Below are positions 12,231-25,700 of a DNA stretch of 64,000 nt, in pieces. Every line of letters begins with the position of its first letter. Position 1 is the first letter of the stretch. The stretch comes from Iphione sp. A-MEVVRFRX5 (Eukaryota). The position numbers were made by a program, and so were the translations under genes. The stretch is taken from positions 41,912,001-41,976,000 of the forward strand of contig OZ320314.1 in the NCBI GenBank assembly GCA_976226885.1, read 5' to 3'. The notes under the pieces are model-generated. The model was not told the origin of the DNA. It did not search any database and saw only the letters and a program-made list of their open reading frames with translations.

Positions 12231-13718
12231 CTTTGAATCCCCCTCTTTGACCTCCAGGACCCTGTTCAAAACAGCAATCTCACGAGACCGAGGACTGAGG
12301 ATCTCGATCTGGAACGTTTCCGGCGAGGTCTGGTAGATACCGTCAGTGACAATAAACCGGAAGTGGTCAGTTCCGGCCTCGTCCATAGCGGCCATGTGGA
12401 CGTACCGCACGCGATTCATATCGACGTCTTCCTGCGAGAAGACCTGCCCCGCTTTCAGCTCAACCCAGACGATGGAATCAACACTGAGCTCTTCCTCATC
12501 CTCCTCTCTTTCCTGTTGCTCATCTTTCTCCGTCTGCTCCTCTGTCCTTGGCGCGCCTTCTTCATTATCGCCGTCGTCAACACCATCGTCGACCGGCACG
12601 TTGAAGATGGAGCCGGCGGGGCTGCGTAGAAACTGGAGCGCGCCCTTCTCAGGCGCCGACACCAGGCGGAAGCGCACCTCCGCGGGCGCATTGTCGGTGT
12701 CGACGGTTCGCAGGACCACCCTAGAGACGAGGCCCGACCCGCCGTAGCCGACGCGCAGGCCGGCATTGCGCACGATGTGCGGCTGTTCGTCATTGAGTGG
12801 TACGATCTTGACTTTTGCGGTGGCACGCGCCACGTGGACGCCGTCGCTGAGATGGAGGGTGAAGAGGTCGGAGTAATTCTCCGAGCCGTCGTGCACGTAA
12901 ACCAAGCTGATATCACTCTGCAGCTCGTTCAGCGTCACGTCCGTCATGGGCAGTTGGATGACGCCGCCTCCTTCGTTAGGCTCGTGCGTGAGCAGCAGCA
13001 GGCGGCCGTGAGCAGGTGGTTTGGATACGGACAACGTGAGCTGCTCGGCGGGTACGTCCAGATCGCTCGCCTCCAGCTCGCCCGGGCTAAGAATAATGTC
13101 TCCTCCCTCGCCCACTACGAGGTCGCGTAGCTCCAGGGTGGGTCGCTCGTCGTTCTGCGGTACCACCGACACCGGAACCGTGGCGGGTGGCGACTCGCGG
13201 TGGCCGTCGCTCACTACAACGCGGAAGGAGTCAGCGATGGGCTCCAAGCCGGAGTGGTTGGCCTGCACGTAGCGAATATTGCCCGTCTTCAGCTCGTCCA
13301 CGCTCACCTCTCTCACCGGTCGTCGCGCATCGCCGTTCCCAGCACCAGACACGACGACGTTTTCCACATAGCCCCAGCGCGGCTGCTCGACTATAATCAA
13401 CTTCAGGTTCTCTGGCGCCGTATCGACGTCTTTAGCGTTGAGCACCTCGGTGGTGATAGCCGCCCGGCCACCCTCGTTCACAAACAGCGGACTGCCGAGT
13501 AGTAAGTACGGCTTCTGGTTGTCCACTGGCATGATGGTGATGTTGAGATCCAGCAGAGGGGTCTCCGTGACGGCCGGGCTGGAGGACTGGTCGGTGACGG
13601 CGAACGTGGCGGAGTCTCTCAGTGGGTGTGGGCCTGTCTCACCACTAGTGTGGATGAAGCGAACCTGCTTGTTCCAAACGTCTGATTGTGAAAACTGACT
13701 AATTCGCTTCCCCTTAAC
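12231..13718 (-). CDS. FREM1: FREM1 exon 7: CSPG repeats 6-10 (1488 bp)
   Basis: ORF 12183-13733; acceptor ctgtttcAG, donor GTAAGA; 496 codons of CSPG repeats. Confidence 0.94.
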
Positions 13719-14364
13719 CTGAAACAGAGACATACGAGGTATTCATTAAATAGCTGCATATTTCATTATTTAGGTAAAGAAGTGGGTAAGGTTCTGCTCT
13801 CTATGTGTATAACGGAGTTGTGGACGAGCCAGCATATATGTTCTCCTTATATAGTTGTTGTGTTTAGTTCCCATGCAGAGCCTTTTAGGTCTCACCAGCG
13901 AATATTTATTTTAGTCTATATAGTCTACCGAAGGCCAATTTTGACCACACGACGGTTTCGAGGGTTGTCACATCAGGCACTTTGGTTAATGTTAATAATA
14001 CATACAGTGACATACATGTACTTTGGTAAATACGATGTTATTTTGTATAGAATAATCCCTGCAATCTTCTCAGTGTAGTTGAGATTTGTAGCGACTTTTT
14101 AAAATCATTTAAAACGCTTTAATAGGACAGGTAGCAATGCCTTTTTAAATGCTACATGTGCTCCTTTTAATTAAAAAATATTGAATGTATAACTTTTACC
14201 CACACTAAAAGACTGACTTCTCATCTTACGGAGATGTTTGAGAACTATCAACGGTTTCTTTTACAGAATGGTGGCCATTGAACTTTCTCCGACTGGTTAT
14301 AATACAAACCCATTTGTAAGCAGTATGGAAAGATGATCAAATGTTTTTTTCACTCCTTAATCAC

Positions 14365-14514
14365 CTGAATCTCGCCGTACTGTGGAGACTTGATGATGAC
14401 AAAGCTGAGCATGTGGTCGTCCGTATCGTTATCTGTGGCAGCCAGGTTGGACGAAGTGATTACAGTCTCCTCACCTTCCTTCACCTCGATCTCCGTCCTC
14501 AGATTGCGCAACAA
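14365..14514 (-). CDS. FREM1: FREM1 exon 6: start of CSPG repeat 6
   Basis: Not in the ORF track. Acceptor ttttccttcacAG, donor GTGATT. LLRNLRTEIEVKEGEETVITSSNLAATDNDTDDHMLSFVIIKSPQYGEIQ. Confidence 0.88.
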
Positions 14515-15453
14515 CTGTGAAGGAAAACAATACCGTCAGACCCCATTCATCCGCAACCCAGTATCAAGAATTTCCCTTACACGGAGCAGTTGTCTTGAGG
14601 CAAATCATCATTGTCCAGTACATTCTATATCTGTCTTATCTGGATTACTCATTATCCGGATGGAAATAATAGAAATGGCATATCTGAATGATGACGTTCC
14701 CATTTATACCGAGCGGAAGGTATTCAAATTCCAGCCTAGAATAAAGATGTTTTTTGAACAGTAGGTTAAAATCGTACCATTGAGGCAAGCTGATCCCAAC
14801 GTTGAATACATTATCGAACGAAAACTAGTGTTACGCCAAAGAAATAATGCCACTAATAAAATGTCACTGTAAAGGATTCGTAGACGCAGCCTTTTCATAG
14901 AATCTATCCTGACTTGAAAGAAATCAGTCCTACTTATAGTTGGGATGCATCAGATTCCTTTCTTGAATATCGAGAGAACAACAATACCATATCTTTTATG
15001 TAAATAGACACCATGAATTTTCGATTTTTATTTCATTGTTGCTTTTCCCAAGCTTGCCAGTGTTGGCTTGGCTTTGCTACTGTTGTGGAAAGTAGGTTGA
15101 TACAAAGGTCATGTCAAGGTGATATTTTTGTTGGTGTGCCAACTTAAAGGTGAACATCAAAGTGATTTCTGTGCAATAGGAAGGGAATTCGTGTGATGTT
15201 TGGCAGACCCCTGTTTTTCCAGGTGCTACTAGCCAACAATGAATGGTATAAATGTAGTTTCGGCGGACGCGAAAGCAACATATTTTTTGTTTTTCGTTGA
15301 GTTAGAGAGCACTATTATGTAACATTATCCCGACACATTTAACTGTCGGAAACGGCAACATTCCCTGGGGACCTATCAATGAAATGTGTATGTAACAATA
15401 CTTCAAAACATGTACACCAACACGGCATGCGTGCAATGACGTAGATGACGTAC

Positions 15454-15577
15454 GGTTGGCACGTGGTCGTTGATGAGTTTTATGTCGACGTGGACAGGCT
15501 TGGTGACTCGGTTGATGCCGTCAGATACACTTAACGTGAACGTGTCCCTCTGCTCGTCCGTCCCACGATGGACGTAT
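15454..15577 (-). CDS. FREM1: FREM1 exon 5: end of CSPG repeat 5
   Basis: Acceptor tattccAG, donor GTACGT. (R)YVHRGTDEQRDTFTLSVSDGINRVTKPVHVDIKLINDHVPT. Confidence 0.9.
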
Positions 15578-16857
15578 CTGGAATACGATGTACATCTTCG
15601 TACATGCACTGCAATCTTGAGATCTTAAATACCGATCCACCGAATACCATTGCTAATACTGTCGGTGTCGATGGCCAAAACAGCTGTCTGCAGAGCTGAA
15701 AGCTTTTTGCTAGTTGTGCTTTTTTATGTCTGTGATTAGGTGCAACCTGCAACTTAGGCCATTCATTTCAACAGCTAAAGTAATGCCTCCAAGTTAATAT
15801 CCCCCTTGCAGTTATCTGATCTCTTGACTGTGATTACATGCAACCTGCATTCAAGACGGTCCATAGTAACAGGTTAAAGTAGTTATAATTATATACAATT
15901 GTCGATAAAAACATACTTTCTAGCTTGTAATGTGAACTCTTTACTGTGATCTTGTCTTAATAGAAGGTTTTCTGCTGTAAATCAATGATAACAGTGCCTT
16001 GTATGATTTCTTATTAGTATACTTGACTGATACCTGTTATTACATTGTCACTCCGCTTCGTGTATTCTATTTGCCACTACACCTTCACTATCTACAAATG
16101 TTCGCTACACTTATTCCACCGAAGATCTCTGTATTTGTATGGAGACATGTGCATAAAAACTATTTTGAATTTGAATTTCTTTAAATGGCCACGATGCTGC
16201 CAATTTTGTCTTCACATTGGCTTCATATAGGCTGCCAGACCATTTGGCATATTTGGGAGCACACAAATAAAAAGTTAAATTCCTGTCCCGAACCACAGCA
16301 GTAAGGTGTAGTTTTGATGACTAAGGCAAATGCTTCTCAAGTGAAAGTGGATCAGATACTCCATCGACATTGTGCTGCAGATATTACAGTCTTTTTATCT
16401 GAATAAGAAATGTGAGTTCCGCCTGATTTTGGACAAAACTTCTCAAGCCATGAGAAGGTGAGAATCCATTTTTATACTAGGCCAGGTCATGCTGACTGAC
16501 ACAGCCAATTCCAACACAAGGGGTCAAGGGTTGCTGCTGCATGCGAATAAAACTGGCAACTCAGGGGGAACACACATAGCAGGGCATCTCAAAATTAAGA
16601 ATCTATCTAATTGGGTAATGTTCTATAGGTTAACCAACTCAGCTGGCAGGGCAACTCACAGACAGAAGCAAAATCGTCTGGTATAATTGGTGTTCTTTCT
16701 TCTGATTGACTTCTGCACATGGCATATTTAAAATACATGTACATACATTTGAAAACGTGAAGTGATATAAAAATATTCAATTTAATTCAATACATTTGAC
16801 AATGTGATATCTCTCCGTTAAACCTATCTGCTGCTCATGCTTCCTTAGCTTCCTTAC

Positions 16858-17123
16858 CGGATACTTGGCCGCATGAGATCGTTTATAGTGAAGCTCTGGC
16901 CAATGACCATGGGCTTCTCATCCTTGAGGAGGTCGCCATGGCGGGGTTTGATGTCGAGCACCATGCGCAGCTCGTCCTGGTCGGTATCGGGGTCGTAGGC
17001 CGACACGTCGTTGATGGAGACGCGCACCGTACCCCCCTCCACCACCGTGATGGGCCGCACGGACAGGTGAGGGTTCTGGTTGTTCACCGGCAGGATGGTG
17101 ATGTCGAACGGCTGGTCCATCAC
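16858..17123 (-). CDS. FREM1: FREM1 exon 4: CSPG repeat 5
   Basis: Acceptor cactgtcAG, donor GTAAGG. VMDQPFDITILPVNNQNPHLSVRPITVVEGG...FTINDL. Confidence 0.92.
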
Positions 17124-18032
17124 CTGACAGTGGCACAAGAACGCGACTTGGAAATCAGTGGTACATGTGCATAAGCTTTCATTCGCGGGTAGCCCATGAG
17201 AAATGTTCCGCGAAACATGTAAAATCATAATCCGGCCGAATTTCCATGAGCCCATCTTTGCTGTCCGCTTTTTCATTAAAGCGGGATTGGTACCGTTGTT
17301 CTTTCATTGATACAAGTCCCATTCAAAGAAATAAGGTATCCATGTCTGACAGAAAACGCGTGTACATGGAAATACACGATTAGTCGGAGGCGACACTACC
17401 ACCCAAACGTGGGATGGGGTCACTGTCGCTGCAGCTGTGACGTCTGCTTTTGCAACATAGGCGAATCAATGTACGATTTTGCAAGAAAGTGAATTCATTC
17501 TGATGATGACATACAGTGGAGTCTGTATTTACGACCATACCTTAGGACGATGCTCAAATGGTCGTAATTGCAAGTTTGGTTGTAAATAGATTAGAATTAA
17601 TTATACAAGCAGCATTTTTGTTCCAGGCTCACATTATCGTAATATCAAGAAGGGTCGGACATCGATGCAGTCGCAAATAGAGACTCCTCTGTATAGGTTA
17701 CCCGTTGATTAATTTCAAATATTGCTTATATACTAATATATTTCAAACAGTTTTCATTTTACCGTGATTTAAAAAAAAATCTAGTCCAAGGTACGTGTAG
17801 TTTATTTATAATAACATCGATTTATTTCTCTTACCTAGATATTGTTTTGTTATGATCGTAGCGATTACTTAGGGACATGCACAAAAGACAAGGTCAAAGA
17901 CAGAAAATTCAAACTATTTTATCAACCTCAAAACTAATATAGCAGTTTAAATACTAAACTAAATACCCCTTAGTATTACGTTGGCCAATCAGATGATGGA
18001 TCCAAAATAGTAAGATTTTAACCATATCGTTA

Positions 18033-18264
18033 GGCAGGGTTCACATGTTTCCGTATTTTCCTAGGTCTGTGGATCCGTAGACGCAGAAAAATATCCACCC
18101 TATATTAATTATGTAGACCAGTCACATATATCCGCACCAGTATTTTGGTATGGGTATGGACCCGTACCCATATTTTCCAACCCAATCCAGGACAGACTTT
18201 GTACATTTACGGATCCGTTTTCGACAGGGAGCACTGGTGAAGAGACATCTGGATACCAGATACC
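18033..18264. mobile_element. Degenerate PIF/Harbinger-like MITE, copy 1
   Basis: TTA|GGCAGGGTTCACAT start and ...CC|TAA end. Shares its start motif and an AGACATCTG block with the element at 28501. Confidence 0.35.
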
Positions 18265-18527
18265 TAAGGATGCCCCAGGGGGTAGCTATGGCACTGGACC
18301 CATAGATGGATTTTTGGTACGGCTACATGTGAACAGCCCTTATTTTGTGCTGCTTGGTGCCATCGTGTACACCATCTGTCACGCAACATTGACATGAAAT
18401 CAATACTTCCATCGTGAGAAAAAAGGAAATGTTTGCTCCAAAGTGACATAAACTTTATGGTCATACACATGGACATTTAGCCTTGTTGAGATATTGGCTA
18501 TCCTTTCCTTATAATCTGTTTTCTCAC

Positions 18528-20232
18528 CTTATTTCCACTGGAATCAGACACGGTGAAGTGGAAGCGCGCATGCCGCCGGATCGGCCCGATGTCCTCCGCA
18601 GGGGGCACGTAGGCAATCCTCCCATGGTTGATCTCACTCTGTGTAAACATGTGGATAGCACTGAGCGTAGGATCCTTCGTGAGGTGAGAGGCGTTGCCAA
18701 GGGCCACCACCCTGCCAGCATCAATAGTGATAGTGGTTGTGAGGAAGAAGGGCTGGTTGGTTATCGTGTAGAGCAGATCATGCTCCCGCGACTCGCTGTC
18801 GTAATACTGCAGGCTCTCGGGGGTTATAACAGCGATGTCGGTCTCGTAAACGGACAGCTGGCGTGTGGTGCCTCGCACCATTTGCGGAGGCATGTCATCG
18901 ACCGACCTCACCGCCACCGTCACGCCGTACTTGCCGGATTTGTTCGGCGGTTCGTGGTCGTCGTGCAAGCGGAACTCGAACAGGTCCTCGAAGACCTCAC
19001 CCCCCAAGTGGTGGTAGTATATGAGGCCCCTGGAGATGTCCTTCTGTGTGAACCTCGAGACGGCCTGTCCTCGCGTCATGGGCCGGTACTTCTTGACGAT
19101 CTCTCCCGCCTGGGGGTACGTTTTGAGCACGTACGTTATGCTAGGGTCGTCCGAGTCCTTGTCGTGCGCCGACAGCTGGCGCTCCGTGATCTGGACCTGA
19201 CCGCCCTCCATCAGCGTCAGGCCCACGTTGTTGGTCAGGTAGGGCGGGCTGTCGTCGCGGGGGAGCACTCTGATCGGGAACTTCGTCCGTACCGTGTGCG
19301 CCCCGTCCGAGATCCTGAAGACGATCTTATCGTCGGCAGTGTCACTGTCGTCGTGCCTGTACACCACCGTACCAGCTTGGATGTCCTTGACTGAAAACAT
19401 GACGGCTGATCGGCCGTTCACCTCCAGTCGGCCATGGCGCAAGCCGCCTTTCACGTATAGCCGCACGTCGTCAAGGTTATCCCTGTCCACCACCATGAGG
19501 TTGTCCGGCGTGATGGGCCGGGACTGCCCCTCTATAAGCCTGAGACCGTTATTGAGCGTAACACGAGGCGCATCGGTACTGGTGGCCCTGATGGCAATGT
19601 GCATAGTGATGGGCTCACTGGAAGCGAACTGCGTGTCGTAAACGGTGAATTGAACTTCGAAGGCCTCCCTGGTCGCCGTGGTCGAGTTCGGCGGCTGGTA
19701 GGCGATCTTGCCGGCGATGAGGTCGGCCTGAACGAAGGAAAGAATGGGTATGTTATGATCGTCCGTGTGAACTAAGTGCCCGGCATTCTCCGGCAGCGGT
19801 TGGCTGACGTTAAAGACGAGTTGCTCCCGCGGCGTGGCGTCGTCGTCGGCCGATATAACGAGCGGATCCAGCGGCGTTAGCATGTACTGCTCGGCCTCCA
19901 AGATATATGAGCTTGGAGCAGCTCCCTTGGGCGGCAGGTTAGGGTAGGCGCCGCGGATGTGGATAGGCAGGAAGGTGTGCTCGATCACCGGCTCGACCTC
20001 GCTGTGCGAGGGGTCATTCACTTCTACGGAGAGCGGCAGGTAATCTATTCTAGGTGTGGGTGGGCTCAGGTGCTTGTAGCGCAGGCCCAAGTACAGGAAA
20101 TCGCGGCAATCATGCCGGAGGACTTCCACTGGCTGCTGGTCTACGCCCCGCACCATCTGCCCCCTCAAGGGCAGCCCGAGCAACTCTTGTGAGAAGCTCA
20201 CTGTGCAACTCGCGCCGTCATAATAGTTGTAC
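18528..20232 (-). CDS. FREM1: FREM1 exon 3: end of NV region and CSPG repeats 1-4 (1705 bp)
   Basis: ORF 18498-20201 extended to acceptor ccacAG at 20234-20233; donor GTGAGA at 18527. Close match to recalled FREM1 motifs (IAYQPPNS, YRHDDSDT, YHHLGGEVFED). Confidence 0.94.
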
Positions 20233-21023
20233 CTGTGGATGAAAATGAAATATCAGGTAAATCACTGCAGGAGTCTGGAGATATTACAAGAGACACAATA
20301 GATCAACTGCAGACGTGTGGTTGCTAAGGATGACAGTTGCGGTAAGCTTTGCTGCCAGTCAGCTGAATCTCCTATCTCTTATGATTGAGAAGAGAGCTGT
20401 CACTCTGTCTGGCCAAAAGGTTTGCAATCCATTGCCATGGTGAGTATCATTTCTGCAAACAAGCTGTTCTTTCAGAAAAAGACAGTTACACTAAGGTACA
20501 TACACGTACATTCAAGAATCAATTACCAAACATTCAACATTCGAAAAATATTCAATTTCTTGTACAAATGACACTCAGTACATGTATGTGAATAAACCTG
20601 ATTTCAGAACGAAAAACCTTGCAACGAAGCACATTTTGGTGGTGGGTCCTAACAGTATAGAAGTCATCACGTTTGATAAATGGCTCATGACTGTCATTAA
20701 CAATAATGCAAGTCATTCAGCATTTTAGCGAACGCAAAGTAATGATATTAGATGAGCTATATAAATAAGGCGTCGAAAAGATTTTTTTCTAGAAAGGAAA
20801 AGCCCAAACAAAGACAGACCACGATGCGGACTTCACTAGAAGTCAAAACACTTCAGTAAAGAACAACTATTGTATATTCTACTTTGTTTGAATATCACTC
20901 TGCTAACATTACCAGAAATAAGGACCGTTGGGGCCACAACCAAGGAGTGCCCGTTATTAAGGCATTTCTCTCTACATTCGTTCAAATCTGTTCAGCCTAA
21001 AAGCATGCACGCCTTAAACACAC

Positions 21024-21280
21024 CTGAAGCGAAGCACGGAGGCGTCAATGGGGTTGGAGAGACTGAAGAAGGCGGGGACCTCCAGCTCCTTAAGGCGCGA
21101 GTCCTGCACGAAGACACGGAAGGCGACGTCCTGCACGCGCACGCGCAGTGTGACGAGCCGCGTCAGGGTGCGCGTGGCGGCGAAGTGATGGACGCGCAGG
21201 TTCACGCGGTCTTCCCGCAGCAGCGGCGAGCCGTTGTGGGTATACTTGACGGTGTAAGGTGAGAAACGACAGTCAAACAC
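21024..21280 (-). CDS. FREM1: FREM1 exon 2: NV region
   Basis: Acceptor ctcgctacAG, donor GTGTGT. VFDCRFSPYTVKYTHNGSPLLREDRVNLRV... Confidence 0.92.
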
Positions 21281-22099
21281 CTGTAGCGAGAGAAGACATG
21301 AAGCATTTCAGACATTGGGCATACACATGTGCATGGTATATGTATGAAAAGATATATAAACGTCTAATGAGAAACCAATGAACACGTCTCCAATAGGGAC
21401 ATGCCTGTAAAAGGTACACTTTTACGAAGAGCGCATGCTGTTTGTAAATTAAGAGAAATCTTTCGGGTAAAAGCCAATGGTTCCTAATTACAGACTGATC
21501 TACTCTACACATTACTATAGAGTAAAAGGAGCATTTTTGTTATGATATGCGCATTTTACTACATAATGTCATGAGGCCTGAGAACCGACGGCGAGGCCCA
21601 TGGAGGGTGAGGGAGTCGGGGGTCAGGAGAGACCTCAAAACATGTGTCTATACGCGTGTAAATGTAATTTTTAAGCTCATTATAATGCACTTTAGATCGT
21701 AGTCGGATAATAGTGAGCGGGAGATTGTGTTAGATCCCTCTATTTATATATGAGTTGGTTTTGGACGAAAAATATATACATGTGTCTATGTATTATCCCT
21801 GAGGATAACAGATCACTAATCATAATTCAAGGTCTCATTGGGGTCGTTATTTCAACTGTATAGTTACATGATAGACAGCATTAAATTGTCCCTGCTGGGA
21901 CACCTGCGGTACATCAGAATATGAAGTTTAATTGGTATAATTGTACTGTGTAGCGGAGAAGATTGTGACATTTACTTTTTAGTGGCATTTGCTTATTAGC
22001 GTATTATATGGTAAAGATTTTCGATAGAATGTCGCGAAATACATAAGTTCGAGTCGAGTATACATTCATATACTTGTACAAGGAAACAAACTCTATCAT

Positions 22100-22103
<4 letters not shown>

Positions 22104-22137
<34 letters not shown>
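22104..22137. repeat. (AG)n microsatellite
   Basis: Directly visible dinucleotide run. Confidence 0.95.
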
Positions 22138-22138
<1 letters not shown>

Positions 22139-22576
22139 AGCACCGGCAAATTTTATGGTCAAAGTAACGGGATGAAGCAGGTACATTAATATGGGTAGGC
22201 AGATTTGAAGCAATGATGATGTACCACCCCAGTACTGCTTCCATCTACTTGCAGGATCCATGATGTATCAAAGATGTGTACGACCAGGTAGCCTGCCCAG
22301 GATGCGATGCATCGCCATTCGTTACACGTGTATTACTTATCACCACGCCCTGTTCAGGGTCTTGAATTTTTTCAGCTTTGGCGAATATTTATGAAGACAC
22401 CTCGCATGTGATAACCCTTCTGCTCAAACCCTCACCGTGTTACTTGATATCCGCATTTGATTACCATCAGTTTAAGACCCCGTCGGTCCTGGTGCTGGTG
22501 CTTCCGGTGTGCGATAGCTTTCGACAACTATAAAACCCTCCACGCCTATCTCTAGCTCACCTTTGCTACCCTGGTT

Positions 22577-22725
22577 AACCCTTGGGATTGTCATATCTAA
22601 CCCCGGCCGCGTGATGGAAATCAGATCGGACGGATTTACATTAGGAATCGGTGGCACGGAGGGTTGACTCAGGGAGATAGTGGATTGCTGCAGTAATATT
22701 TCCTCGGGCTGGAGGTTATAGATTT
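22577..22725. repeat. Diverged dispersed repeat, family B copy 1
   Basis: Three collinear blocks shared with 54741-54915, with similar spacing between the first two (about 64 vs 66 nt). Confidence 0.55.
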
Positions 22726-25700
22726 GGGGTAGTGAACATGTAGTGAAACCTCTTCGGTTTAGGTCGGGGAAATGACTGTCCTCGCGATGGCAAAACGTTG
22801 GAAAGCAACAAAGATTAAAGTTTGATTGAAAGCCACGGCCACGATGCTGGTATCTGGAGAGGGCCGATAAAAACTTCTCGTGTCCATAAACAAAGTAATC
22901 TGTGGCGAAAGAATTGGTACCATGCACGGGCAGACAATAACACAGAATGACGGAGAATCGAACCGTAAAATAGCATAAAGACAAAGACTGGAAAAAACAA
23001 GTAGCACTAGAACGGAGAAAGAGAGAGCAGGAAGGGCGAGATAGAGACAGGCAGAGAAGCAGGGCAGAGTGGGACATGAATGGGATACAGAAAAACAAAC
23101 AGGCAGCTTCATAAGATAGAGATACACGCCCAGAAACTGCTTCTGAAGCAGGGCAAAGTTTTTATAGGCATATGCAATCCAACACGAAAAGTGAGCAATG
23201 AACGGCAACATGGAAATAAACAAGACGTATAAAACAAATATGACCTGACAGGAAACACTAGAAACGCGTTAGATATATCTTAATGTATGTTTAAACATTC
23301 AGGTCCAACTCCCTTCCAGCGCTCTCTCTGTTATACCCAGCCACCTGGTTAGAATCAGTTGTCACCACAGGCAGCCCCCATTGAGGAAAAATTCAATAAG
23401 CAATAAAGCCTTTTGTGCTGCCACCTTGCGAAAGCTGTTCACACCAGAGGGGGGTACCGTCCGCGAGCACATAAACGAAGAGGGAAAGAAAATTGAATTT
23501 CCAAACATTCCATCTTGACCAAAAGCTCGCGACACTAATAGCCACAGACCACCAACACTGTCCTCGTAAAACACACCTTTGAGAGCTAATGTTTGTCGAA
23601 ACGAATTATCTTGTATACGTTTTCAAGGCAAGAACAATAAACCTTTATGGCTAAAACATGACGGTTATCGCCTTAATGACATTTGGTTATGTACATGTAG
23701 ATGCACTGGGTCTACAGGTATACACTGCTCTTATCTAAAACGACAGGAGCTAGACAGACAAATGAGAGGGAGAAGTCACATAGATAGACATGAAGCTAGA
23801 CAGACATCAATACAGAAAAAAACTTTGCACTCTACAGGTCAGGATGTTACAAATTATAAAAAATAGAATATACTGAAACTACGTCTTTTGCGAAAAGAAA
23901 ACTCTCGTTTTTTTCAATGTTATGTCATTTTAGGCTTAGCTCTGGTGTGGTCTCATAGACCTCTATCTCGTTACAGGCAAGTGATCTATTGCAGACACGC
24001 CTGCACTGACATCAAAATACTTCATCTATTATAGTAATCCAAGCACACCAATGGCAAACTTGCAGGCCACTAGGGTACATTTACATGTACATAGCAATTT
24101 ACATATACATGTACATCCGCCCAAAAGTGCTATTCTTCAGTGAATACATGGACATGATTCAACGAAAAGCAGATCCATGTTCATGTACAAATACATGTAT
24201 ATTTAGTACCCAGTAGGACGAGATTTTCCAGGCTACCACTGTGTGTATTTACATGTTAGACACTCGAAAATTTTGAATGTACGCCAAGCACTTCCTGTGG
24301 ACCATAAAAGCAAACTCTTGGGCTCCCACCTCGATACACAGGTAGGTAAAGCACCAATAGCAACGCTACTGGGATGAAGTCTGCTACACTGTTAACGACG
24401 TCTCAACAAGATGAAGCGTGTCAGGGACGGGAAGGCAGCAAAAACTCTTCTTGAGACTAAACATCATGTCGACGGCTGCCACGGGTGGCGCTGAGGTGCT
24501 CCGGGATGGGAAAAGGAATCGGGGAGAGGGGAAGGTCTGGCTAGTTGAAGAAGGGAGGATTGGTGATAGTTATAGACAGTGAGATTTGGCCTGTGTATGG
24601 AGGTAGCTGGCGTGTGCGGTGAGAATGAGGGGAGCATCGGGGCAAATGGAGGGGGAAGACGACGACGACCTTAGCTAGAGCGGTTAAAAGAGCCATTCTT
24701 TGTGAAGCTGGTATGGCCAGGTAAGATAAGTACCGTTATTCTAGGTATATTAGAGGAACATCAGTATCTCTTCCATTTCGCCTTTAAAAAAACAATATTG
24801 TTCAGGGATTTAAACCAGATTATGTCGACAGGGCTTGCCAATTTGTGGACCACTTTGAGCTGGGGCTGCAGTTAATCGCCCTAGGCGTAAGGGCTTCTCA
24901 GACTGTATCGGTATAGATTTTTTCCTGTTAGTCAAAGGAGCACGTATGAGCGTGGAGAATTGCATTTCCGTTGGACTAAGGCCTTATACATCGACACAGC
25001 CACCAATGAAGGACAAGGTCGTGATTTTTTAAAGTCGGTTATCATAGAAATGTGAAATATTAACTTGCGGAATTCACAGTAAAATGGTAGCTAGTCATAT
25101 TTACTTTTCTTGTGAAACCTGTTACCTAGCTGTTTTCAGCAGTTTGTGTCAGAACCGACAAAGGATGCAGTGTATTCACTAGTAATTTGTAGAATTTCAG
25201 CCTTCACATTTGCCACTTGAATATGAATCAGTCAACTCTGTTTTAATATATTCAGGTATGATTTTTGTAAAACACGAATAAAATTTTCTTGATCTCATGA
25301 AAAGCAGCCAAGGGGGCTTCAAATGGTTCATGCCTTTAGAGTATCAGTATGTTTTTGGCTTGATCTTTTTGATAAACGACAAGCTATGTGAGCCACTAAA
25401 CACAACATCACTTACTCCGACAGAACCAGAAGATAAAGACACTTTTATCTGTTAGAAATTATCCACAGAAGTGTCTACAGGATGCTATCAATGCCCCCCT
25501 CGACCTATATGATCGCACGGTCTGAAACCCTTTCCAATACTATAAAAAATAACGGTTGAATGACCAACAGTAACCCATGACTAGTATTTAATGTCCCTTG
25601 GTTCATCGTATATATACTGCACAGGCTTTAACATTATACCGACCTGATCAAGGGCGCCTTCCTGGCAGGACGATTGTACTTGACAAGGGAAAGGGCGCGG

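Noticed and set aside
18483-19641. Long + strand ORFs overlapping exon 3 (and similar ORFs over exons 7 and 8)
   Set aside because: These are antisense or alternative-frame shadows of GC3-rich exons, with no independent domain signal.
22499-22555. C2H2-like pattern CFRCAIAFDNYKTLHAYL*
   Set aside because: The spacing fits C-x2-C-x3-F-x5-L but both His ligands are absent and a stop follows. Kept only as context for the relic family, since it is in the same frame as NRWH.
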